A stretch of DNA of 32,000 nt, taken from NCBI GenBank assembly GCA_024277355.1, contig JAJRVL010000004.1, forward strand, positions 330,001 through 362,000, given 5' to 3'. The notes below the pieces were generated by a model, which saw nothing but the letters and a program-made list of their open reading frames with translations, did no database searches and had not been told where the DNA came from. Positions 1 to 8,283 of this stretch are shown here, piece by piece. Source of the stretch: an archaeon (GTDB taxonomy: Archaea > Iainarchaeota > Iainarchaeia > Iainarchaeales > 1-14-0-10-31-34). The translations under genes were made by a program, and so were the position numbers. Position 1 is the first letter of the stretch; each line of letters begins with the position of its first letter.

Positions 1-167
1 GGCCCTATAATTAATCCTGCAACAATATAAGACAAAATTAAAGGCTGTTTTAAAACTCTGCCAATTAATCCAGTAATAGTCGCAAAAACTACAATTAGCC
101 CTAATTCTGCAACTAACCCTAAACTATTCACAAAATTTATTCCAATAGAAGAAAATTGTTCAATCAT
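1..167 (-). CDS. Cation:proton antiporter (CPA2/Kef-NapA-like), N-terminal fragment running off the window
   Basis: Own minus-strand translation from ATG (165-167): MIEQFSSIGINFVNSLGLVAELGLIVVFATITGLIGRVLKQPLILSYIVAGLIIG. The KQPLILSYIVAGLIIG first-TM pattern is typical of Na+/H+-K+/H+ exchanger N-termini. Absent from the ORF track because it is truncated. Confidence 0.5.
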   Translation of the reverse strand, partial: MIEQFSSIGINFVNSLGLVAELGLIVVFATITGLIGRVLKQPLILSYIVAGLIIG

Positions 168-190
168 TAATTAAAAAGACGTAAAAGAAG

Positions 191-205
191 TATATAAAAC
201 TTTTT
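191..205 (-). promoter_or_regulatory. BRE/TATA-like promoter of the antiporter gene
   Basis: Minus strand reads AAAAAGTTTTATATA, ending 23 nt upstream of the ATG at 167. The spacing fits an archaeal TATA box with a short or absent leader. Confidence 0.4.
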
Positions 206-262
206 AAGAAAAAGTTTTATCAAAAAACGCTTTGCATAAACTTTTTAAAGAAATTAATTAAA

Positions 263-1669
263 TTAGATTTTCTTCCATCTTGCACCGTCTTTTGCGTCAC
301 TTAATTCAATTCCTTTTTTCTTTAATTCTTCCCTTAATTTATCTGCTTTACTCCAGTTTTTTTCTTTTCTTGCTTTTTCTCTTTCATTAATTAAATTCAT
401 TAATTCTTTATCTAATTTTTCTTCTTTAAAATCCATTACACCTAAAACTAAATTAACTTTCTTCATAAAAAATAAAATTTTTTCTGATTGTTTTTCAGAT
501 AAATTTCCTTCAGAAATTAATTTGTTTATTTCTTTCATAAAATCATTTAATGACGTTAAAGCAAGACTAATATTTAAGTCATCATCTAAAGCTTTAACAA
601 AAGAATTTTCTGCTTCTTTAACAACCAAATCAATTTCTTTTAGTTTTATTTCTTTTGTTTTATTTTGTTTAATTCCATTTAGTTTTGAAATAAATTCATT
701 AAATTTTTCTATTTTTTTTTCTGATTCCTTTACTGCTTTTTCAGTGAAATTTAATTCACTCCTATAATGAGTTGATAATAAAGTAAAACGAATTGCTTCA
801 GGAGAAAAACCTTTTTTTATTAAATCCCTTAAAGTATAAAAATTTCCTAAAGATTTAGACATTTTTTCTCCATTAACAATTAAATGAGAACAATGCAGCC
901 AAAAATTCACAAACTTTTTTCCTGTTGCTCCTTCACTTTGAGCGATTTCATTTTCATGATGAGGAAATTTGTTGTCTATTCCTCCTGTATGAATGTCAAA
1001 TGAATTTCCTAAATGTTTCATACTCATAGCAGAACATTCAATATGCCAGCCTGGTCTTCCTTTTCCTAATTCTGTTTCCCAAAAAACATTCCCATCTTCT
1101 ACTGAATAAGCCTTCCATAAAGCAAAATCTCTTGCGTTTTCTTTTTCATATTCATCCTGTGAAACTCTTGCACCTTCTTTTAATTCCTCAATTTTAAAAC
1201 CTGAAAGTTTACCGTAATTTTTAAATTTTTTAATTGAAAAATAAATACTATTGTCATCTCCTTTGTAAGCCAGACCTTTTTTCAGTAATTTTTTAATTAA
1301 TTCAACCATTTCAGGAATTGTTTTTGTTGCTTCAGGATAAAACTCTGCTTTTTCAATATTTAAAATCTTTAAATCCTCAAAAAAAGATTTTTTGAATTTA
1401 TCTGTAAAATCAGTTAATGAAAGATTTTCTTTAATTGAACCTTTAATTGTCTTATCATCAACATCAGTTAAATTCATTACCTGAATTACTTTAAAACCCT
1501 TAAATTTCAGGTAACGCCTTAACAAATCCTCAAAAATATATGCCCTAAAATTTCCTATATGTGCAAAATCATATACTGTTGGACCGCAAGTATACATTTT
1601 GACTTCATTGTCTTTCAAAGACTTAAATGACTCGTTTTTTTTTGTTAAAGAATTATAAAATGAAAGCAT
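263..1669 (-). CDS. cysS: Cysteine--tRNA ligase
   Basis: Full-length 468-aa ORF with class I HIGH motif (FAHIGNFRAY), KMSKS motif (GEKMSKSLGNF) and a GRPGWHIECS core typical of CysRS. Confidence 0.95.
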   Translation of the reverse strand: MLSFYNSLTKKNESFKSLKDNEVKMYTCGPTVYDFAHIGNFRAYIFEDLLRRYLKFKGFKVIQVMNLTDVDDKTIKGSIKENLSLTDFTDKFKKSFFEDLKILNIEKAEFYPEATKTIPEMVELIKKLLKKGLAYKGDDNSIYFSIKKFKNYGKLSGFKIEELKEGARVSQDEYEKENARDFALWKAYSVEDGNVFWETELGKGRPGWHIECSAMSMKHLGNSFDIHTGGIDNKFPHHENEIAQSEGATGKKFVNFWLHCSHLIVNGEKMSKSLGNFYTLRDLIKKGFSPEAIRFTLLSTHYRSELNFTEKAVKESEKKIEKFNEFISKLNGIKQNKTKEIKLKEIDLVVKEAENSFVKALDDDLNISLALTSLNDFMKEINKLISEGNLSEKQSEKILFFMKKVNLVLGVMDFKEEKLDKELMNLINEREKARKEKNWSKADKLREELKKKGIELSDAKDGARWKKI

Positions 1670-1693
1670 AATAACCTACAAAAATATTAAACA

Positions 1694-1710
1694 AAAAAGT
1701 TTATATTAAA
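1694..1710 (+). promoter_or_regulatory. BRE/TATA-like promoter
   Basis: AAAAAGTTTATATTAAA lies about 35 nt upstream of the ATG at 1744. The same AAAGTTTAT core recurs at other gene starts in the window. Confidence 0.4.
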
Positions 1711-1743
1711 TTAATGCAGTAAATTAATCAAAGAAAAGATATT

Positions 1744-2238
1744 ATGCCTGCAAAAACTCCAAGAAAACCAATTTTAAGAAGAACATTAAATGCTAAAGAT
1801 ATGAAATTTATAAATAAACTTTACTCTGAGAAAAGAATTAAACCTCTTTCAACAGAAAAAAAACCCAATGCAGTTATAAGAATGAGAAAAATGGGAGATT
1901 ATCTTATAAAAAGAAGATTCAGACAGACACCAGAACAAAAACAAGTTGTAGAAATTCTTTATGGAAAAAACAAAGCAGCAAAAAAAGCAGAATTAATTTT
2001 AAATTATTTTAAGAAAAAAAGAAAATTAACAACAAAAAAAGCAATAAACCATGCAGTAAGATTACTAAAAACAATAAAACAAAAAGCTAAAAACGAATAT
2101 TTAAAACCATACAAAAAAACTACAGATCAAGCTAAATTAAAAAACAATCATTTTGCAGGAGAAGAACATATGTTCATGATTGATACATTATATATGGGCA
2201 CAGAATTAGTAATAGAAAAACTGGAAAAAATGAAATAA
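1744..2238 (+). CDS. Hypothetical lysine-rich protein with basic N-terminal tail (MPAKTPRKPILRR)
   Basis: 164-aa stop-free ORF in an AT-rich genome, with its own promoter-like motif. It fills the gap between cysS and Hsp20. No domain recognised. Confidence 0.55.
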   Translation: MPAKTPRKPILRRTLNAKDMKFINKLYSEKRIKPLSTEKKPNAVIRMRKMGDYLIKRRFRQTPEQKQVVEILYGKNKAAKKAELILNYFKKKRKLTTKKAINHAVRLLKTIKQKAKNEYLKPYKKTTDQAKLKNNHFAGEEHMFMIDTLYMGTELVIEKLEKMK

Positions 2239-2240
2239 AA

Positions 2241-2672
2241 TTACTTTATTTTAACTTTAAAGCTTTTAGTTTTTTTTACGTGTTTTTTTGGAATAATTAA
2301 TTCTAATATTCCGTCTTTGAATTCTGCTTTAGCTTTATTTGGAATTACTTCATCAGGCAAAGCAATACTCCTGAAATAAGAATTAAATTTTCTTTCATGA
2401 AAATAATAACCTTTCTTTTTGTTTTCTTTTTTTAAATCAGTTTTTCCTTTTAATATCAACTGATTTGAAGTTAAATCAATATCTAAATTTTGTTTTTTTA
2501 TTCCAGGAAGTTCAGCAGTAATCTTTAGTTTGTTTCCTTCATCTTTTACATCCAATAAAGGCGTTCTAAGCATTGAATCAAATTTAGAAAAAGAAAAAGA
2601 ATCAAAAAACCTTGAAAGATTTTCCTGTTTTCTTATTTTCTTAAACGGATCCCAAATATCTAATTCATCCAT
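2241..2672 (-). CDS. Small heat-shock protein, Hsp20/alpha-crystallin family
   Basis: Alpha-crystallin domain pattern: LDVKDEGNKLKITAELPGIKKQNLDIDL...LILKGK...ERKFNSYFRSIALPDEV...AEFKDGILELIIPK. The track start at 2693 is TTG and overlaps the upstream gene, so ATG at 2672 (MDELDIWDPF) is more likely. Confidence 0.85.
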   Translation of the reverse strand: MDELDIWDPFKKIRKQENLSRFFDSFSFSKFDSMLRTPLLDVKDEGNKLKITAELPGIKKQNLDIDLTSNQLILKGKTDLKKENKKKGYYFHERKFNSYFRSIALPDEVIPNKAKAEFKDGILELIIPKKHVKKTKSFKVKIK

Positions 2673-2682
2673 AAAAAAACCT

Positions 2683-3312
2683 TTACAAACCAATTGCTTT
2701 CATTAAAATTAAATCCAAAAATAAAAAACAAATTAAAGCAATTAAATGCACAAAAACATTTGAATTAACTTTATGTGCAATAATATGATAATAAACAAAA
2801 ACTGAAATTAAAGCAAAAATTAAAACTAAAACAATTACTGCTGAAACAGCAGGCAAAGCAAAAATAAATTCCTCTGAATTCATTGCAGAAGAAACCACTT
2901 CAGTTGACTGATTTAAAGTAATATTTCCTGTCTGAAAATCTTTTGTTGCAGAAAAAATTTCATTCGGCAAAAGCACCGGAACCAGCAAAAACAAAAATAC
3001 TGCTATTGCTCCTAAAAATCTGGTTAAAGAAACAGCAGAAGCAATTCCATAAAAGTCATTCCTGACGCTTTTCTTTGAAAACAAAGAAATAATCACTGCA
3101 ATTAAAATTGAAGCAATAATCCAAGATAAAACAGCTAAAGTAAAATTAAATAACTGAAGCAAAAAACTTACATTAAAACCATAAACAATTAATCCAATCA
3201 AAGAAAGAATTCCAGGCAACAAAACAAAAAGTAATGCTTTAATTACATCAGGATTCTCAAGATAATGTTTTACTACTTCTTTAGGCTTATAAATTAAACT
3301 AAAAGGATTCAT
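2683..3312 (-). CDS. Polytopic membrane protein (Yip1-domain-like)
   Basis: 209 aa with a short soluble N-terminus followed by about five hydrophobic helices. The topology resembles the Yip1/DUF1282 family; the family assignment is tentative. Confidence 0.45.
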   Translation of the reverse strand: MNPFSLIYKPKEVVKHYLENPDVIKALLFVLLPGILSLIGLIVYGFNVSFLLQLFNFTLAVLSWIIASILIAVIISLFSKKSVRNDFYGIASAVSLTRFLGAIAVFLFLLVPVLLPNEIFSATKDFQTGNITLNQSTEVVSSAMNSEEFIFALPAVSAVIVLVLIFALISVFVYYHIIAHKVNSNVFVHLIALICFLFLDLILMKAIGL

Positions 3313-3347
3313 ACTAAACTTATTGTTTTTTTTATTTATAAAAGTTA

Positions 3348-4310
3348 TTATTTGAATAATTTTCTTATTGGAGAGAGGATTTCATTTAATTCAGCTGAAA
3401 CTGAATTTTTTAAGTCCATAGGATGCAGTTTTTTTTCAATAAAAGTTTTTTCTAATTCCATAAAAGAATTAAACTGCAGGTTTCCTCCGAATTTTTTAGG
3501 TCTTTTTATTTCAACTGAATTATTTTTTGGAAAAACAATTAATTTCATTATCTGCATTAAAGCATTATTTGTTTCTCCTTCAATGCAATAAGCCTTGTTT
3601 ACTTTTTTTTGTAAGTCTTGCTCTGAATCCCTTACTGAAATTAAATTATTTGAATCACTTGAACTCATTTTAGTTCCTGGTTTTAACATTGAATCAATTA
3701 AAGGAGTGTGAACAAAAGCAGGTTTTTTGTAATTAATTTTTTCAAGTAATTCTCTTGCAAGCATATGAATTTTTCTTTGCTCTATTCCTGATTGAGCTGC
3801 ATCAATTTTCAAATGTTTAATGTCATTAATCTGCATTAAAGGATAAATTGCCTGAGAAATACTTGCGTTATCTATGTCTCTTGCAACTTCCTGCATTGAT
3901 CTTAAACCCCGGTTAATTGTAGTGTTTAAAGACAAAACCAATAAGTCTTCAATATAATCCTGTTTTTTCTGAAAAGAACTTCCAAGAACAAATTCAGGTT
4001 CTTTTATACCTAATTTTTTGAAAACTTTTTTCCATAAAACAACATTTTCAAGTATTTCTTCTTCTGTTCCTTTTTTATTCAAAAAAGCATGCCAGTCAGC
4101 AAACAAAATTTTAACTTTAAAACCTGCTTTTTCCATTTGACTTAATTTAATTGCAGTAACCATATGCCCTAAATGAACTTCGCCTGAAGGTTCATAACCA
4201 CAGTAAGTTACCGGTGATTTTTTTTCAGATAAAAGTTTTTCTATTTCTTCTTTTGTAATTAATTCAACTGTATTTTGTTCAATTAAACTGATTTTTTGAT
4301 TTAAATCCAT
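3348..4310 (-). CDS. tyrS: Tyrosine--tRNA ligase, archaeal/eukaryal type
   Basis: 320 aa with HIGH-type motif (GEVHLGHMV) and KMSKS-type motif (GTKMSSSDS). The short length and lack of a C-terminal S4-like domain fit archaeal TyrRS. Confidence 0.92.
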   Translation of the reverse strand: MDLNQKISLIEQNTVELITKEEIEKLLSEKKSPVTYCGYEPSGEVHLGHMVTAIKLSQMEKAGFKVKILFADWHAFLNKKGTEEEILENVVLWKKVFKKLGIKEPEFVLGSSFQKKQDYIEDLLVLSLNTTINRGLRSMQEVARDIDNASISQAIYPLMQINDIKHLKIDAAQSGIEQRKIHMLARELLEKINYKKPAFVHTPLIDSMLKPGTKMSSSDSNNLISVRDSEQDLQKKVNKAYCIEGETNNALMQIMKLIVFPKNNSVEIKRPKKFGGNLQFNSFMELEKTFIEKKLHPMDLKNSVSAELNEILSPIRKLFK

Positions 4311-4363
4311 TTACACCACTTTCTGTTATTATTTAATAGTTAATTGAATTATTATTTATTTGT

Positions 4364-5044
4364 ATGGTTCCAAAAAAGAGAACTCCAAAAATCAAAATAA
4401 AAAAAAAGATAGTAAAGGGAGATGAAGCAGTAATTTACAGGCTTCCGAATGAATCACCTAAAAAAATGATTATGAGAAAAACTCATGCTTCAATGAATTT
4501 AAAGTCAGAGCATCCAAAAATAAAGTTTTATGGAAACGCAATTGAAAAAATTCTTTTTCCTGGAAACACAATAAACATTTCAATGGTAAAAGTTCCTAAA
4601 GACTGGAGGCCACATTTTGTAGAATCTATTAACCTAAGAACATATCCTAAAGGAATAGAATATTATTCAGAAAAAATTCCTATTAGCAGACCGCATAGAA
4701 AATACCGAAAAGCATTTTATAACGAAAAAACAAACAAAAAAGAAGAAAAATTAATTGAAAGACATGAAAAAAAAATGAGAAAACATATAGGGAATTCAAC
4801 AGGGAAAATAAAAAAAACAATAGATGAAATGTATAAAGCAGGATTTGATGTTAACAAGCACCCTGCAAACATTGACTTAATTAAAGGAACTCCTGTTTTT
4901 TTTGAAACACAGATTCTGTATCCTGAAAAACTTGAAAAATACATTCAGCAAAAACCTTTAAGCAAAACTTTTACAAGAGAAAAAAAAGGCAGAGCATTAC
5001 GTTTAATTAAAAGATTAAAAACAATTTGGAAGTCAGTTGAATAA
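4364..5044 (+). CDS. Hypothetical lysine-rich protein with basic N-terminal tail (MVPKKRTPKIKIKKK)
   Basis: 226-aa ORF that fills the tyrS-ribL gap. No domain recognised. Confidence 0.55.
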   Translation: MVPKKRTPKIKIKKKIVKGDEAVIYRLPNESPKKMIMRKTHASMNLKSEHPKIKFYGNAIEKILFPGNTINISMVKVPKDWRPHFVESINLRTYPKGIEYYSEKIPISRPHRKYRKAFYNEKTNKKEEKLIERHEKKMRKHIGNSTGKIKKTIDEMYKAGFDVNKHPANIDLIKGTPVFFETQILYPEKLEKYIQQKPLSKTFTREKKGRALRLIKRLKTIWKSVE

Positions 5045-5053
5045 GTGAAAAAA

Positions 5054-5482
5054 ATGAAAAAAAGAATTTTAGCTTTCGGCACATTTGACGGAATTCATCC
5101 TGGGCATTTATTTTATTTAGAGAAAGCAAAAAAGTTTGGAACAGAATTAATTGTAGTCATAGCAAGAGACGAAACAGTTAAAAAAATAAAAGGAAAAAAA
5201 CCAATTCTGAAAGAAAAAGAAAGAAAAAAATTAATTGAAGGATTAAAACCAGTTGACAAAGCAGTTCTTGGATTAAAAAGCAGAACAATTTTTAAGAGAT
5301 TAAAAACATTAAAACCAGATGTAATTGTTTTAGGTTACGACCAAAAACCATCAAAAGAAAAAATAAAAGAAGAAATGAAAAAACTTGGAATTAAAGCTAA
5401 AATAAAAAGAGTTAAAGGATTAAATTCAAAAAGATTTAAGTCATCAAAAATAAAAAAAGAAATAATAAAAAAATACAGTTAA
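5054..5482 (+). CDS. ribL: FAD synthase (FMN adenylyltransferase), archaeal RibL type
   Basis: Nucleotidyltransferase motif GTFDGIHPGH, plus VIARDETVKKIKGKKPI, LKPVDKAVLG and LKPDVIVLGYDQ. These match my memory of methanogen RibL. An in-frame GTG at 5045 is an alternative start. Confidence 0.82.
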   Translation: MKKRILAFGTFDGIHPGHLFYLEKAKKFGTELIVVIARDETVKKIKGKKPILKEKERKKLIEGLKPVDKAVLGLKSRTIFKRLKTLKPDVIVLGYDQKPSKEKIKEEMKKLGIKAKIKRVKGLNSKRFKSSKIKKEIIKKYS

Positions 5483-5483
5483 A

Positions 5484-5732
5484 TTATTTTTTATTTTTTA
5501 ATTCTTCTTTGAATTCTTTAATTGATTCAGGAGTTCCTTCTAAAATAAAACCATAAAAACCGCAGTTAATGCATTTCATTTGAGGAGACAACGCCGCTGA
5601 AGCTTTTCCAATTCCATAAATTACAGGCTTTAAATTTAATGAACCACAGCTAGGACAAAACTTGAAATTTAATTGTTTATTGTTGCTTTCTTTTCTTACT
5701 TTTTCATCAAATTCATTTATGCCTTTATTCAT
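5484..5732 (-). CDS. Small Zn-ribbon protein (CPSCG...CINCG)
   Basis: 82 aa with two CxxC knuckles (FCPSCGS, KCINCGF). It overlaps the upstream ATP-grasp gene by 1 nt and is the last gene of the 9861->5484 operon. Confidence 0.6.
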   Translation of the reverse strand: MNKGINEFDEKVRKESNNKQLNFKFCPSCGSLNLKPVIYGIGKASAALSPQMKCINCGFYGFILEGTPESIKEFKEELKNKK

Positions 5733-6547
5733 TAAAATCTTCCTGCTTTTTTTTCCAGATATTTAACAATTTTTTCTGCTGCATTAATTCCAGTAATGCT
5801 TTCAAAAGCCTTAAATTTAGGTGAACGGTTTGTTTCCAATACAAACCATTTTCCATTATAAAAAGCCAAATCAACTCCTGAAATTTCAATGCTTGCACTT
5901 TTTGAAGCTTTAACTGCAATATCAGAAATTTCTTTAGTTAACTTAAACAGAACTCCGTTTGAATTCAATGCAATATTTTTTTTCCAGTGAACTGATTTTT
6001 TTTCAAATGCACCAATTGCTTTTCCGCCTATCACAAAAACTCTTAATTCTTTTTCAAAAGGAATAAAATTCTGAATTAAATAATTCCCTTTAAGCGAAGA
6101 CAAAAAAGAATGAATTTCAGAAAACTTTATTTTGAATACATTTTCTCCTCTTTTGCCTTCAATATCTTTTAATACAACCCAATCAGAAGAAGAAAAAGGA
6201 AGAGAATGAATTGTTTTTTCATTTAAAAAAAAAGTTTTAGGAATATTTAATCCTGCTTTAAAAAAACTGAAATAATTAGTAAATTTATTTTTACCTAACA
6301 TTAAAACAAGCTTTTCATCAACAATTTTTGTTCCTGAAGAAAACAAACTTAACGCCAAAGCTTTTCCCTGGAGAGATTGTCCTTTTAATGCACGGAATAA
6401 AACTAAATCAAATTTTTTTTCAAGATTAATTCCTGCTTTCAATGAATCAGGAAAAAAAACAAAAACTTCATGTTTTCTTTTTAATGCTTCTTCTTTAATT
6501 CTTTCAATTTCAAATTGTTTTTCAGAAGAAATAACTGCGATTTTCAT
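5732..6547 (-). CDS. ATP-grasp ligase, RimK/LysX-like (divergent paralog)
   Basis: 271 aa. VLKDIEGKRGENVF, ELRVFVIGGKAIGAFEKKS..WKKN and ISGVDLAFYNGKWFVLETNRSPKF parallel the RimK central and C-terminal ATP-grasp subdomains. Confidence 0.72.
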   Translation of the reverse strand: MKIAVISSEKQFEIERIKEEALKRKHEVFVFFPDSLKAGINLEKKFDLVLFRALKGQSLQGKALALSLFSSGTKIVDEKLVLMLGKNKFTNYFSFFKAGLNIPKTFFLNEKTIHSLPFSSSDWVVLKDIEGKRGENVFKIKFSEIHSFLSSLKGNYLIQNFIPFEKELRVFVIGGKAIGAFEKKSVHWKKNIALNSNGVLFKLTKEISDIAVKASKSASIEISGVDLAFYNGKWFVLETNRSPKFKAFESITGINAAEKIVKYLEKKAGRF

Positions 6548-6553
6548 AATAAC

Positions 6554-7441
6554 TCAAAACTTATTTTTTAATCTTAATTCCTTTGATTTTTTGTAAAGAT
6601 ATTTAATTAAAATATTTGAAAATTTTGTTCCAAAAAAATCAATCATAAAGCCTGGGGCAAAATTTACTTCAATTAACTTATATTTTCCTTCTCTTTCCAT
6701 GAAATCAACAGCACAAACACCTAAACCAAGAATAGCAGAAATTTTTAAGGCATCTTCTTTCATTGCAGAACTTAATTCAACTAATTCAGCTTTGCCTCCT
6801 TTAGAAACATTAGTTCTCCATTCACCTTCAGGAGCAATTCTTTTAATTCCAAAAACTTCCTCGCCAAAAACCATACAACGAATATCATAATTATCTGATT
6901 TAATAAATTCCTGAGTTGAAATAAATTCCCTAAAAATCTTTAAAGTGTCTAACACAGGTTTGAATTCATTTTCTGAATTTGCAAGCATTACTCCTTTTCC
7001 ACCAAACCCTGAAAGAAGTTTGATTACTACCGGATAACCAATTTTATGGTTCATATCAATTGCAGTCTGAGGAGTTAAAGCTAAAGAAGAAGTAGGGACA
7101 GGAATATTTTCTCTTGACAAAACTTTAACTGTAAAATATTTATGGTTTGTAATCTGAAAAGCTTCAGGAGTTAAAGGAACAAACACATCAGACTCGTTTA
7201 ATAAATCCAATACAATTTCTCCAAACATTAAGTCTTTTGAAAAAAACCTTGCATAACATGCATCAAAAGAAGTTAAATCAGTTCCCTTAAAAGTTAACTT
7301 GTTTTTTCCATTAACACAGTCAATCCTGATTTTTTTTAACGGAGCAAACAAAACTGTATCAAAAAATCTATGCGCTTCTTCTAAAATCATCTGCTTGACT
7401 TCCTGTCTTTCATTTGTTCCTCCAATATACAAAAACTTCAT
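6554..7441 (-). CDS. ATP-grasp ligase, RimK family
   Basis: 295 aa. GYPVVIKLLSGFGGKGVMLANS, DIRCMVFGEEVFGIKRIAPEGEWRTNVSKGGKAE and CAVDFMEREGKYKLIEVNFAPGF closely follow the RimK pattern. Confidence 0.85.
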   Translation of the reverse strand: MKFLYIGGTNERQEVKQMILEEAHRFFDTVLFAPLKKIRIDCVNGKNKLTFKGTDLTSFDACYARFFSKDLMFGEIVLDLLNESDVFVPLTPEAFQITNHKYFTVKVLSRENIPVPTSSLALTPQTAIDMNHKIGYPVVIKLLSGFGGKGVMLANSENEFKPVLDTLKIFREFISTQEFIKSDNYDIRCMVFGEEVFGIKRIAPEGEWRTNVSKGGKAELVELSSAMKEDALKISAILGLGVCAVDFMEREGKYKLIEVNFAPGFMIDFFGTKFSNILIKYLYKKSKELRLKNKF

Positions 7442-7445
7442 AATA

Positions 7446-8276
7446 TCACTTTAATTTTCCTTCAAAAAATTCTGCAACAGATTCAAATAAATTTTTCCCT
7501 AAAACTTCCTGGAAATAAGAAAAATCAATTAAAGGTTTTAAGCTTACAATATGCCCGTCAATTGATTTAACTTCAGCTATTTCAGTTCCAATTACCTTAC
7601 ATGCTTTAATTAAATTTTCATTTTCACTTTCACTTAAAGTCATACTGCTTCCTTTTTTTGTGTATTCAAATCTTTCTTTATTCCAGTTTCTTCTTACAGT
7701 AAACACTTTTTCTCCAATTATTACACTTACATCCAAATCTTTTCTGAAAAATTTCTGCAATAACAAAACATCAAAATCAGATTTAATGCTTTTAACAATT
7801 GAAAGCAATGATTTTTCTGATTCAACCAAAACATCCTGAATTTTTTTGTATCCATCAAAAACCTGCAAAAGCAAAGGAAAACGGAATTCCTTTAAAGAAG
7901 AATTAATAAAAAAAGCTGAACCAAAAACACTTGTATTAGGTGTTTTAATTCCATGAGAATTCAAAGTAGTTAACTGAAAAGCCTTATTTGAAAGAATAGT
8001 ATAAGCATCAGGTTTAACCTGGCAATAAATTCCTTTCTGAGAAAATTCATCCAGCAAAGGTTCAACTATTCTTGTAAACTGAACTCCTGCTCCCAAAAAA
8101 CAAGAATCAAAATCTTCAATTTTAATGCTGTTAGTAATTAAAGTTGTTTCTTTTCCTTCAGTCAATAAACCTAATTTGCCTATTTCAATTGATTCAACAG
8201 AAATATTTTTTTTATTAAATGCTTCCTTTAATTCAATTAAAGAATTAGTTTTTTCATAAATAAACAATGTTTTCAT
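7446..8276 (-). CDS. ATP-grasp-like protein, degenerate (probable pseudoenzyme paralog)
   Basis: 276 aa, colinear with the neighbouring RimK-like protein (FPLLLQVFDGYKKIQDVLVES against YPVVIKLLSGFGGKGVMLANS). It lacks the VxK lysine, the G-rich loop and the ExN metal motif. Confidence 0.45.
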   Translation of the reverse strand: MKTLFIYEKTNSLIELKEAFNKKNISVESIEIGKLGLLTEGKETTLITNSIKIEDFDSCFLGAGVQFTRIVEPLLDEFSQKGIYCQVKPDAYTILSNKAFQLTTLNSHGIKTPNTSVFGSAFFINSSLKEFRFPLLLQVFDGYKKIQDVLVESEKSLLSIVKSIKSDFDVLLLQKFFRKDLDVSVIIGEKVFTVRRNWNKERFEYTKKGSSMTLSESENENLIKACKVIGTEIAEVKSIDGHIVSLKPLIDFSYFQEVLGKNLFESVAEFFEGKLK

Positions 8277-8283
8277 TAATTCA

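Noticed and set aside
522-767. 81-aa plus-strand ORF inside cysS, and similar short shadow ORFs (3352-3591, 4717-4944, 5725-5919, 6699-6890, 8267-8515, 8619-8813, 10081-10833, 11777-12007, 14688-14870, 16145-16360, 17335-17559, 19660-19905, 27067-27681, 28869-29156)
   Set aside because: All are shadow ORFs overlapping confidently assigned genes, and their translations are low-complexity.
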